In this document: one piece after another, positions 17,101 to 23,803 of the stretch
Position numbering within the stretch: position 1 is the first letter of the stretch
Layout of the letters: each line of letters starts with the position of its first letter
IMG/VR virus record: IMGVR_UViG_3300021352_000011
Location: 1 to 25,433 of that record
Reading direction: 5' to 3' (one strand)
From: a virus
Lineage: Duplodnaviria > Caudoviricetes
Length of the DNA: 25,433 nucleotides
Made by a program: the position numbers and the translations under genes
Notes under the pieces: generated by a model
What the model saw: only the letters and a program-made list of their open reading frames with translations
Told to the model about the DNA's origin: nothing
Database searches by the model: none

Positions 17101-19855
17101 AATCTTTTGACAACGCAAAAAATTGTGTATCTTTATCCTTAACATTATGACTTGTTAGATTATATGTTCCAACACCGATCATATCACTAAAGTAAAATGG
17201 CATATCATTCGATTTACTTTGAACTACCGCTTCTATTACTTTATCAAAATGAACGTTTGTTTCTCCTGTAAAGCCTACAGTATCAGCGTGTTGAAGAAAT
17301 AATCTTCTAAATTTACCATATTCTTTACTAGCATATCTAATTGCTTTAATAATATTTGCATTAGTATCAGTAATATGATACAAAGCAAGATCAACTTGCC
17401 CACTATGTTGTACAAAACGACGACCATATGGAGAAAGGTTTCCCATGTCTCTTAGATTACTTTTACCAGGAAAAGTTCCAACCCAACTATCATTATATTC
17501 AGACATTGTCTGAACATGGTCTGTTACTTCACCTACTGTAAACGCAAGAACATTATCATTTAATGGATTTCTTTCTAAATTATGAGGGATTTCGTAATAT
17601 CCGTTAGCATTTTTCTTTGTAGCACTATTAGACACAATTTTAACTACATCATCTTCTACTAACTCGTTAACAAACGTAATAAATGCTATACCATTAATTC
17701 TATTAAGTACATAATCTGTTAGATTAAACTTTCTTACATTATTAACATAAACTCTTACCCATAGATCATTTAAGTCACCACTATTGTCATAAACATCAAT
17801 AGCAAAATCATTAGATTGTGTAGTTACAACATACTGTCTTATAACGTGTTGTCTACTATTTTTAATAGCTTTGATCCAACCAGACGTATATGTAAATGTA
17901 CTAAGATCAGTATACTCTTTTAATAATGTTATATCAGTATTTCCTTTTAAAACTGCATTATCTTTTTGATAGGTATATGTATCATTTAATAAATCAAAAT
18001 TAAATAAAATATCACCTGTATTTTCTAATGCTCTATAACTTAATGAAAATCCTAACTCTGCATCTTTAACATTACCGGCACCTACTTTATAACTAAAAAC
18101 CTTATTCCCAAAAAATGTTGATGATGGATAATAAGTTGTATCTGCTAAAGCATATCCAGTACTATCAAATAAATCAAACAAAGGCGGTTGATTTGTGCCA
18201 ATTTTATCTTGTCCAGCTTTCCACTCGGTACCATTATAATACCACATCTTACCCCTATACGCCTCACCATTTCTAACTAATACTGTTTCATTTTCAAGTG
18301 GTGTTGTGTCTGGTTCTTCAATAAGACTAATTTGTCTTATAAGATTATGTGTAATAAATTTAACTTTAAAAATTTTTCCTGTTACTCTGCTATCAAGATC
18401 TGCAGTAAACAATATACGCATACTGTCAACAACATCTATACCATCAATATTATATCCTGTTGCTCCTTCAATATTAGAGAACACATCTGTAGTAAAGGTA
18501 TCAAGTAAATCAATATCATCTTTAGCACTAGTACCAAAGTTGTATAATTTTAAGTTATCATCAAATTCAATAATTGGACGCTTTGCTCTATAATCTTGAT
18601 CTAACTCTGGTGTTGTTCCTGTAAGTGTTGCAGACTGTTCAATAACTTCTTTATGAAACCATCTATTATATCTTGACCAGGGGTTTCTGCTTTTAGATGC
18701 TTTATTAACTACAAGATAATCTTTTGTTCCTGCAAAACTATTAGCATTACTGTACGGCAGTTTATCAAATCCTACGCTATCAAACAATACAGGTACATTT
18801 TCTGAATATGAAGCTGGGATTTCTAAATCTTTTTCATGTACTAATTTAATTTCTGTACCAACACCTTCAACATACCACTCACCTTCACCATACTTTTCTG
18901 GCGTTACAGTTCCTTGGAAATAAACTTTCATTCCATTTGAAAAAGCTACTCCACCAGTACTTGTATAAGTTTTTTTACCTAAAATTTCAGCTTCAACGTC
19001 TATTGTTGTATTATCAATTGCATCTGCAATTTGTATTAATCCACTTGCATTAATATCATTTCCGTTTACATAAAATAATGTGTCAGGAGCATTATCAGGA
19101 ATTGTCCATGTAATAGTTCCAACATCAATTGTTTGTGTACTATCATCTAGCCCTGTACCAAATAACAAACTAGGATCTAATGAACGTGCAGTTCTAAAAG
19201 TTAATGGCATTCCAGACGCATCAATGTCAAACATATATGTTTGTCCTCTAAATAATTTTAATGTAGGATTAGATGTTAATCCATCTGGTGTAAAAATATA
19301 ACTGTTATTGTCTATATTATCTTTTTTAGTTACTGTATAAGTGCTAATAACATCTTTAGCATTACCGGCAATACCTAAACCTATTGGACCGTTTGGTAAC
19401 CAATAATATTCTCTAAAGTTTACAAACTTATCCCAATCAATATGAGGATTCCAAGCATAATATTCCTGACTATTAAGTTTACTATGATCGTCTACAGTTC
19501 CGCCGAATGCTTTTATTTGATTAATATAATCGTTATAATCTTTATAAAAAGTAACATTATTTAGATCATCTTTTACTACTACCGCTGGTTCTACTTGATA
19601 ATTTTCTCTATCAGCATTATGTTCAGGAATATAAGTATCATCGGCTTTGTATGCTTTAGCAGTACGTTTACCAAAGAAGCCACTTAATTTTTCAGCTACA
19701 CCGGGTTGGGTTAATTGATCTAAAGTTGCATTAAGAAACTTTTTGTTAGTTGGAGTACGAAAATATCTTGGAAGTAATTCCGCACTATGCCTACGTGGTG
19801 GTGTTGCACTACCGGCTGGTAACGGATATTCATGTTGGTCATCAGTAAAGGGCAT
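5117..19855 (-). CDS. Giant multidomain virion protein, probable gp7-like baseplate wedge/scaffold (4912 aa)
   Basis: Uninterrupted 14.7-kb ORF directly after the gp6-like gene (TAATG overlap), which is the T4 gp7 position. Contains FYQGYIQDKGTQNSLTKLF (KGT motif like gp7/P2 gpI), EETKPYKTKIREY, seven FG-GAP-like repeats, four CBM5/12-like motifs, G(S/T/R)GY..PP repeats and C-terminal GDGST repeats. The CDS itself is secure; the gp7 identity is an inference. Confidence 0.8.
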   Translation of the reverse strand: MPFTDDQHEYPLPAGSATPPRRHSAELLPRYFRTPTNKKFLNATLDQLTQPGVAEKLSGFFGKRTAKAYKADDTYIPEHNADRENYQVEPAVVVKDDLNNVTFYKDYNDYINQIKAFGGTVDDHSKLNSQEYYAWNPHIDWDKFVNFREYYWLPNGPIGLGIAGNAKDVISTYTVTKKDNIDNNSYIFTPDGLTSNPTLKLFRGQTYMFDIDASGMPLTFRTARSLDPSLLFGTGLDDSTQTIDVGTITWTIPDNAPDTLFYVNGNDINASGLIQIADAIDNTTIDVEAEILGKKTYTSTGGVAFSNGMKVYFQGTVTPEKYGEGEWYVEGVGTEIKLVHEKDLEIPASYSENVPVLFDSVGFDKLPYSNANSFAGTKDYLVVNKASKSRNPWSRYNRWFHKEVIEQSATLTGTTPELDQDYRAKRPIIEFDDNLKLYNFGTSAKDDIDLLDTFTTDVFSNIEGATGYNIDGIDVVDSMRILFTADLDSRVTGKIFKVKFITHNLIRQISLIEEPDTTPLENETVLVRNGEAYRGKMWYYNGTEWKAGQDKIGTNQPPLFDLFDSTGYALADTTYYPSSTFFGNKVFSYKVGAGNVKDAELGFSLSYRALENTGDILFNFDLLNDTYTYQKDNAVLKGNTDITLLKEYTDLSTFTYTSGWIKAIKNSRQHVIRQYVVTTQSNDFAIDVYDNSGDLNDLWVRVYVNNVRKFNLTDYVLNRINGIAFITFVNELVEDDVVKIVSNSATKKNANGYYEIPHNLERNPLNDNVLAFTVGEVTDHVQTMSEYNDSWVGTFPGKSNLRDMGNLSPYGRRFVQHSGQVDLALYHITDTNANIIKAIRYASKEYGKFRRLFLQHADTVGFTGETNVHFDKVIEAVVQSKSNDMPFYFSDMIGVGTYNLTSHNVKDKDTQFFALSKDFNLNTLSNRAVYIYKNKVQLQHGIDYIFETDHIGFVTITATKVVDDIIDIYEYESTDGSYIPPTPTKLGLYPKYKPVKYIDNTYQTPTEVIQGHDGNIFVCYGDFRDELLLELENRIFNNIKTQYDSTILDIHEFIGGESRDTGFSKWARDKALITDFVGWLDNVGNLDYTDHSFYDRTNSFTFNYSSMMSPKGAKLPGYWRAIYKEAYDTDRPHTHPWEILGYTIEPTWWKTVYGPAPYTRENKILWKDIEDGIIREPDKALNYLTAYARKDVTKHIPVDGEGNLLSPLDSNFAKNYVLVLTDKEFIFGDEAPTETAWRRSSEYPFAFICSWILNQPTKIMGLAFDRSRIIRNPAKEIVYSETSRRLRLEDVVFPNTVLDTTRVNTSGLINYICDYINSESLGTYTGYMKSLKSVKNQLGLKVAGFTHKDKFKLILDSRTPYNEGNVFVPDENYKIFLNTSSVVDLVSYSGIMIEKKAAGFIIKGYDKTNPYLKYFKALELADDPVARVGGVTDSFLDWKPNQVYVLGQTVAFNQEYYRVKEAHTSTDSFQADFFARLVELPVTGGREAFFRRQYDTTSIKELAYGTLLTTVQEVVDFLLGYSKWLEAQGFDFNYFNPAIEVVENWELSAKEFLFWTTQNWQEDSVITLSPGANKLKFKRDYYVADNIFDGFHDYTLLKADGRKLDKEFVQVYRSNNNEFQVTPRNTADGIYAVKLALIQKEHVCLLDNHTVFNDIIYDLEPGYRQERIKVLGYRTDDWKGSLNIPGFVYDNVVVNEWKSYKDYAIGDTVQYKEFYYIAKIKIPGVADFDASNWERLSSKPEAQLIPNLDYKAKQFKDYYDLDTDNFDTEQQKIAQHLIGYQKRDYLANIINDDVSQYKFYQGYIQDKGTQNSLTKLFDALSSADQDSINFYEEWAVKLGQYGSVDGFDEVEFKLDEARFKLSPQPVELVDTVSGTETDLIYRIRPFEVYLKPNNYNHKPFPKRTVFSEYVQTAGYVNEQDVKLTVAKFDDILNATLTDLNVGDYVWTGSRGTSWDVVKYVGTGDRVKAVTSDIAAGTITIQLDNQIGEVLSYIAKASNDGIIGVLDVVGAEKFFKVKEIVLDTIVCYANGETEDVEVADGFVTTFISARVASMSDANTRIINSELQTGELIWVDDDDTGDWTVLQNIPTYSSHQQISNLATGEGHLFGKVFATDDRNTILVASASEQEKVYVFIRVSDNVDYYHRQTITAPTDLYTGPGKFGSSIALSNDGKHLVISAPNASNVKNKWKGDFDGGIAYVAGDIIKYLETFWEAQFPITAATGALTFPSFWSTSFIEEANYNSGNNSYPSIVYAIRGDYGLDVTTDHMLIRAPLEQYEGSSQGDTVVLNWNEFSQNYPDGILPWGATGPGVAAFEGSKTIADKIDAVLYVDNIIRIPVVGDSVSSSTAIGEVAYIRIENVSQAILYIKDVSGGFNATDTLTLNAQSCGTFSLVNPTSAASTFSGWWKIEGLPSFTTTVSAQEITIPNIIGQDFITQAESRSPVIFGNTMNEVRALSLVPDPTRGGRLGHLSYYDKNGLPNLSELWFIRAPKVFTDIVNVSETFKMWVNTIRGGVAPISVFDPASLGLTFAHLNDPTHIIHGLWSGFVDITFTNFDGSGNPYIPQEGQVIIDNITGATAEVTYLQEQLLTCRLYVKDRIGTFKFGVNNGETSTISIKDGISLGVNRLSGRLDHADMDSANAGKMVVVKNPDSSQLPVTSSTFQNDLEVHFYSSSTVSGIARTPNYPTPLNKDWVQKLNIPAHTDGEASAYTNEGIILTYDKTASGQYSLNYGYISEHNANNKYFGKQVEFATNDKLHYLYVSTEDVNTVENPGRVYFFNHGEDATGNTYDYATGKNKNYKGVYSDSIAYYENDIVLYQQKFYQSKTNLLPSTFSVTLWTELSNHIDYIGYIPNNTSLSVDGETVVDQTTLTDFGKHFTTNKDGNVLVVVAEFSDSNPKVLVYRLNNGHYEFSQAIVTPTVDIGFGDSIAVSDDGTMIAIGAPLQDEIDTNNGAVYVYRQVSGSFIWSQTLYSPENDVAERFGATLDFDKNNLAISSRGGDLIATTTYDTNTTVVSTTFDNNLTQFKTANEDSGQVLIFQRFNDTLIYSEKFVYNNPVTRRFGDYVVFTDNHVYVGMPELTITPDDNFMGTIIDFRRDRNVLSWKALRTPISQIDVSKFKGVFVYDTAKNLLASQIDYIDPIQGKIAGTAEEEIAYKTLYDPATYTIGGEVSVVDEGNAWNKQYVGKIWWDLSTVKYHNPYQGDIIYQTATWSKLFIGSTVDIYEWVETTYKPSQWSTLADTEEGLAKGISGQPKFTDDSTLSSVKVFDKQAQSFSNKYYYWVKNKKYIPNVDWRKTSAYDVAQLIEDPKSQGYKFAALYSENKFALYNCDSLFNADTSAVNFRYWKIDNPTNIHNEFQLLSEGLATSRPKTDIELKWYDSLIGWDLNYRAVPNPDLSFKERYGNLNKPRQSWFVNRLEAVKQLIERVNRIVKMHIIVDDYDISALQEVDKLPTINSGKFDQSIDTYAEMVFVGTANIKQAKLTPIWENGKLARVEIADPGRGYKVPPSYEFTNIGNGRGAELITTLDTLGKVVTATVKHPGRDYSIESGIEVRKYSTLVKTDENIKGKWSIHAYNSITAIWERTDSQSYNVPEFWDYIDWYATGYNQFTQINHLIDESYQLTALSDSLGDVIKIKTVGTGGWLLLRKIKDVPDADYTTNYITIGKEKGTIMFSTGLYNYPAWNIGYDSLSYDTSDYDNQPVHEFRIILKALRDDIFINDLAVEYNKLFASSLRYVLSEQKFVDWVFKTSFLKAKHNIGELTEKITFQNDNLPSYEKFIEETKPYKTKIREYLTSYTKIDNTQSSVTDFDLPPAYSVQDGRIIPSSLKIKDDVLYGEDPGLATYPNKHWQDNLGYEVIAIQIANGGTGYLEPPILKLNGGGGTGAKAQAYIGTGGKISWVKMVSVGSGYLSAPTITIDGTQSEGGVPAVLSSKLGNGKIRNAHIISKFDRVTGTFLITTLAETETFTGSASQQTFSLKWPMDVRPSQLYITVSDVESLTSEYTFKNVADTTKGYTRYTGEIFFTEPPKMSASIIIKYSKAIDMLQAQDRISLFYTPTDGMLGNDIAQLMDGIDYGGVEVRSFDFGGGSGWFSEPWFTSTWDTFDNTYEDEVFTLDGSTNVFELSKPLEDGVTYNVYKNGIRVDDPQWDGSTIGVTGNPNAVMESIVGDGVTQTIQIDEDFIPTVADDVIIIRKSTSDGSFIPDPDAYDTALQGGDLVYSTAKGILSEEIVVDGDGFVTPLTSKGPEELVPGQVMDTVDFKVFDRTADGSSVVNSHNYIGDGTNKNFGVTKLPASNDDIFVKVNGTIVEAPTSFIINYQTKQLEFVTAPGTGHLVHISTMSNNGEKILDIDKFIGDGSTIQFVTPVLYKTGLTYTLTVDGETVTTDLTETDDTYDIAGRAVFKLGTIPTEGAVIQYAIYESLSKSFSQITTDNFTGDGSTKKFTLAQAPFTSEPIDQNIIVKVGNNLLNAGYNQQFTVVAGREYQLRQWQITTASISAQQVRIFLNGVEQTLNATWRWDTFNGTVVLFEDVGTVGDKLEVYIIDNGDFQMGYFDSGTSLFVKTPNEVYLDVAPANGDQVTVYQFTEHDIRKIEREVFNVVARNPVTVGTDGYTEYNQLTNGIIRLREEAIDAEYVWVTLNTVALTPSIDYYVTEDRKHIRITTDVAANDKIEVIHFTNPVVIPKYGFRIFKDMLNRTHYKRLGDSNKYTLAEDLNWYDSKIYVTNFDNLPLPDKDKGIPGILFINSERIEYYLKEGGAIRQLRRGTLGTGIAEKHTIGSNVFDQSTPQTVPYKDEILTQVFDADGSTNTITVDFIPKSVNDFEIFVAGKRLRKNAVSSFDKTVNLDSPEADITLSAEFSVDGTTSTVTMLNTPPINSKIIVVRKIGKLWTDPGVPLHRQENNIGRFLRSAEVTLPK

Positions 19856-22800
19856 TAGACGTTATTACTCCCAGAGCTTGACGACGTTGTACTTGTTGTA
19901 TATGTACTAGCACTTTGTAACCCCGAATTAGTAGCCGTTGCGACAGTTAAAACTTTACCTGAAGCTTTTAATCTACTTGCTGTAACGGCATCTATTACTT
20001 CAACATTATCAACTATCGCTCCACTAATAAAAATTTCATCCGCTTCAGATTTAATCTCATACAAACTACCAAACCCTTGCAACTCTTGATTCGGAACAAT
20101 TACAATTGTTACTAAATCCGGTGCAACACTGGCCATAATAAACGTACTCAACTCTGAGAAATAAAACGTATCTCCAAAATCCCAATTATCTAAAGCAAAG
20201 AATCGATTGACTGCTGAAATAACTTTTGCCTTAATTGCATTAGTATTAACAACTTGGTCTGGATTTTTAACTATTTTAAATGTTGCTTGTAAATCTAAAT
20301 CAGCATTCGCGCCAAACAAAACTTTATATTTCACAGGATGATAAATTACTTCATCACTAATTGACTTAATTTTATTAATTTCAGATCCATAATTATTAAA
20401 CAAATTATCGCTACTTGGTGGTAACGGTTTTACTGTTACTGCCCCATCTAAAAATTCTCTAAATGAAGCATCATAACTTTTTGTTAATAGATATGTATCA
20501 ATAACATTACTGCTACTTGGGTCAATTCTATTATCATCATCTGCCGCGTGTATATATTGAAATTTAAGTTTGTCTCTTCCAACAAACGCTCTATATTCTG
20601 TTGTTAATACTAGCGTCCCTGATGTTAATGTTTTAAATACATTCTCTGTAACTAGATAAAAAACTTGTCCGTCAGTATATTGACTTAATGCACCTACAAC
20701 ACTTTCAGATTGTTTTATATCTAGTGTTGCACCGTCAACATAACTATAATCTTCAATTCCATCAGTAGTAATATATTTCTTTTGGAATATAAATTTTGTT
20801 AAAGGACTTATTGCTTCATTAACAATTTCAAGAAATGTCTCAGGATCATCAACAACACCGTCTTCATCGGCATCATAAAAACTTACTTCGACTTTTTTAC
20901 TATCAACATATCCATCTGAATCACGATATGCATCACTAATTTCCCAATCATGCTGTATAGTAAACGGTGTTAATGCATCTGGTTTTAAGTTAATAGACAA
21001 AACTGAAATTTTATCTTTAATAATTTGTCCTGTTTTATTATCAAATACTTTATCAGCACTATCATAATAAAATCTAATTTCTTCAGCACTTTCAAAAATA
21101 TATCTTAAACTACGATATGTAATTGTATACTTTTCACCATCTGTTTCAAATAATAATAACCAACTTGCATCTAATTGTTGATTAGTAGTATCTCCGGTTT
21201 TACCTAAACTGAATTCTCCAAGAATGTTTAAGTTATTTTCGATAACAACTCGCCATTGTCTTAAATTAATATCATACCTTAAACCAAACGTTTTATTAGA
21301 AAATAATTGATCAACTATCTGTGTTTTTACATTGTCTACTAGTGTTTTAGAAAACTTAGGTACAATCTGATTTAAAACGGCCGTTGACGGAACAATGTCA
21401 TTAAGTATAATAGGTCCTGATCCATCTGTATTATCAACAGCACCATCACCAACAATACTAACTACTTTAACCCATTTATAATCAAACGATCCTGGATGGT
21501 TTGCATCTCCCGCCATTAATGTACCATCTTTCATGAAATGATATCCAGCCGGTGGTAAAAATTTTATTAATGTGCCTTCTTCAAGAAATCTTAATGAACT
21601 ACCTGTATAACTTCCAACTTGAAATCTTGTTCCGTCACTATCTTGCAAATGTCCTGTTGTTTGATTAGTACCTTTTGTAGTTTGTACCCAATTAGCTCCT
21701 AAATCTGAAGCAATCGTTTTAGGAAAGTTTGTTAGATAATAATTTAATAATTGCTTTTCAGCTAAGACAGGTTGAATAGTTTCTTCTATAATTCCTTCAA
21801 GATCTATTTTTGTTGTATATGTAAAATTCTTATATTTTGTTAATGTTTCTTTATATACAAGACCGTCATTACCAAATAAATTTGTACTAGAATATTTTCC
21901 AGTACTATCTAGTAAATCAAAATATCGTGAAATTCCACTTGCTGTTCTATTAACACTTTTAACTTTAACAATCTCTTGACTAATTCTTAACGGTGCAACT
22001 TGATAATCTTCACCAGTAACCATTCTATTTTGTGTATAATACGTTGCAGGTGCATTTTCACGAATGCTTGAATTTGATTCTGTAGTACTTGCATTATCTA
22101 TAGTATATTTCAACGATAAAGTAATATTAAGTGTTTCTTGATTTCCAACTGCTGACGTATAAGGAATTGCTACTCCAATTGACGCCATGTCTGCTGGAAT
22201 AATATCATATGCTTGGTTAATACTTGATCTATAATAAACTCTAAAATCGCCCTTAGGTAGATTTCCAAACGTACCATCTGAAAAAATTAAATTAATTTTA
22301 TCTTGTGCTTGGGTAAGAACAGCATAAATGTTTCTAAGATTTTTACGGAGACTATTATAAACAATATTATTTCCTTCAACTGCATCAACTTTAGTCCATA
22401 ATTCAGATTCAGCACCAATTGAATTTAATTTATAAAGCCAAACATCTGTATTATTAATATTAGTAGCATCAATGGCAATAGTTTGATTAGTACTAGGAGT
22501 ATTAACTGAAAATGATCCTTGATCTAATGTACCTTGTCTAAAATGACAAAAGTAACCACTATTAGTACTTCCAGGACCACGACCGTCATCTTTATATAAA
22601 AATGCTAAACTATTTCCTGGTAAAGGTGGCTCTTCAGATATAACTCCACTAATAACATCTGCTGAAACTATTTGGAACTGAAGATTTCTTCCATCAATAT
22701 TTTTACTGTAACTAAACACAGGAACATCTGTATTACTTGCTCTATATCTATATTGATATGTTGGTATACCTTCTACTGTATCTTTTTTTACTGGGCGGCC

Positions 22801-23310
22801 TATTTTTGAATTTACTGGTAATGCCGCATTAAGAACTTTTTCAAATTGTTCACGCCAGTCTGGATTAGCTGGATCATTCCAAACAATAGTTTGGGTAGCT
22901 AAATTAGTACCATTTGAATCTACTACTTCCTCAGTAGTTGATACTGCTTCAAATTTTATTAATCCATTAGCACATTGATTACGCTTTGGATTATATGACA
23001 ATAATCTTGCTAAACGTAATACTGATTCTCTACGTTCTGCTAATTCTAAAAAGTTTTCTCTGGAATTAAGGTCGATACGATAAGAAATATTTTGCCCTAA
23101 AAATGCAATAAGATCAATTAATGCTAGATATTCACTAGAATCAATATAATCATTAAAATCTTCAGGATAATTCTCACGTATATAAGCAATCATAGTACGA
23201 CGTAGACCATCAAAATCGTACGATCTAAAGTCTGCATTTCTAAATGTTTGATATACACGCTTCCAGTCTTCTGCAAGAAGCAATCTATTTTGTCTATTTG
23301 TTACTGACAT
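19855..23310 (-). CDS. Baseplate wedge protein, T4 gp6 / baseplate J-like (1151 aa)
   Basis: The N-terminus YDFDGLRRTMIAYIRENYPEDFNDYIDSSEYLALIDLIAF...ENFLELAERRESVLRLARLLSYNPKR, plus FSDGTFGNLP and ESNSSIRENAPATYYTQNRMVTGEDY, match gp6-family signatures. An AAGGA RBS lies upstream and the gene follows a gp25-like gene. Confidence 0.88.
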   Translation of the reverse strand: MSVTNRQNRLLLAEDWKRVYQTFRNADFRSYDFDGLRRTMIAYIRENYPEDFNDYIDSSEYLALIDLIAFLGQNISYRIDLNSRENFLELAERRESVLRLARLLSYNPKRNQCANGLIKFEAVSTTEEVVDSNGTNLATQTIVWNDPANPDWREQFEKVLNAALPVNSKIGRPVKKDTVEGIPTYQYRYRASNTDVPVFSYSKNIDGRNLQFQIVSADVISGVISEEPPLPGNSLAFLYKDDGRGPGSTNSGYFCHFRQGTLDQGSFSVNTPSTNQTIAIDATNINNTDVWLYKLNSIGAESELWTKVDAVEGNNIVYNSLRKNLRNIYAVLTQAQDKINLIFSDGTFGNLPKGDFRVYYRSSINQAYDIIPADMASIGVAIPYTSAVGNQETLNITLSLKYTIDNASTTESNSSIRENAPATYYTQNRMVTGEDYQVAPLRISQEIVKVKSVNRTASGISRYFDLLDSTGKYSSTNLFGNDGLVYKETLTKYKNFTYTTKIDLEGIIEETIQPVLAEKQLLNYYLTNFPKTIASDLGANWVQTTKGTNQTTGHLQDSDGTRFQVGSYTGSSLRFLEEGTLIKFLPPAGYHFMKDGTLMAGDANHPGSFDYKWVKVVSIVGDGAVDNTDGSGPIILNDIVPSTAVLNQIVPKFSKTLVDNVKTQIVDQLFSNKTFGLRYDINLRQWRVVIENNLNILGEFSLGKTGDTTNQQLDASWLLLFETDGEKYTITYRSLRYIFESAEEIRFYYDSADKVFDNKTGQIIKDKISVLSINLKPDALTPFTIQHDWEISDAYRDSDGYVDSKKVEVSFYDADEDGVVDDPETFLEIVNEAISPLTKFIFQKKYITTDGIEDYSYVDGATLDIKQSESVVGALSQYTDGQVFYLVTENVFKTLTSGTLVLTTEYRAFVGRDKLKFQYIHAADDDNRIDPSSSNVIDTYLLTKSYDASFREFLDGAVTVKPLPPSSDNLFNNYGSEINKIKSISDEVIYHPVKYKVLFGANADLDLQATFKIVKNPDQVVNTNAIKAKVISAVNRFFALDNWDFGDTFYFSELSTFIMASVAPDLVTIVIVPNQELQGFGSLYEIKSEADEIFISGAIVDNVEVIDAVTASRLKASGKVLTVATATNSGLQSASTYTTSTTSSSSGSNNV

Positions 23311-23329
23311 AGTTTTTCCTTATTAATAC

Positions 23330-23336
23330 TATTTAT
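23330..23336 (-). promoter_or_regulatory. Putative T4-type late promoter box (aATAAATAgtat)
   Basis: ATAAATA in the 47-nt gap between the gp25-like and gp6-like genes, 19 nt before the ATG at 23310, followed by a TAAGGA RBS. Confidence 0.65.
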
Positions 23337-23357
23337 TTGAATCCGTTAACCACATAC

Positions 23358-23795
23358 TTAACCCGATGCTTCATCGAACTTTAATCTCAGTTGTTCTGAA
23401 ATATTATAAGGTAGATACGTTAAATTACAATCAATTATGATACCAGATTCATACTGATCAATAACAATACTATCTACATTTACTCTTGGATCTCCATTAA
23501 CAATCTCAGTAACATTTTGAGCTATAACTTGTTGTAGCTGTTCTGTTAATGGTTCATGAATAACGTCCCAAATAATTGTCCCAAACTCTGGATTTTCTAA
23601 CTTTTCACCCTGTCGTATATGAAAGTTATTTAAAATATCTTGTTTAATTAATGCAACATCATATAAAATATTACTTTTATTAGCTGGATCAATAGTACTT
23701 AACCCACGATACGCCTTGCTCGGAGGAATCGACTGTTGACCTTTTGCAGTAGTTACCCTTATTTGTTTATATAAATCTCTATCTGATATACTCAT
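23358..23795 (-). CDS. Baseplate wedge subunit, gp25/GPW family (145 aa)
   Basis: LYDVALIKQDILNNFHIRQGEKLENPEFGTIIWDVIHEP...DPRVNVDSI fits the gp25/gpW pattern (GE+..P.FG.....L.EP...EPRV). Size and position between the spike and gp6 genes are typical. A TAAGGT RBS-like sequence lies upstream. Confidence 0.9.
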   Translation of the reverse strand: MSISDRDLYKQIRVTTAKGQQSIPPSKAYRGLSTIDPANKSNILYDVALIKQDILNNFHIRQGEKLENPEFGTIIWDVIHEPLTEQLQQVIAQNVTEIVNGDPRVNVDSIVIDQYESGIIIDCNLTYLPYNISEQLRLKFDEASG

Positions 23796-23803
23796 AACTT
23801 ACC

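Noticed and set aside
18306-19301. Plus-strand ORFs 18306-18593 and 19080-19301
   Set aside because: Antisense shadows of the giant CDS, with GTG starts and no supporting signals.
23337-23357. Possible terminator or operator around the GTTAAC palindrome in the gp25-gp6 gap
   Set aside because: Only a 6-bp palindrome, with no GC-rich stem or U-tract. No intrinsic terminator was recognised at any junction.
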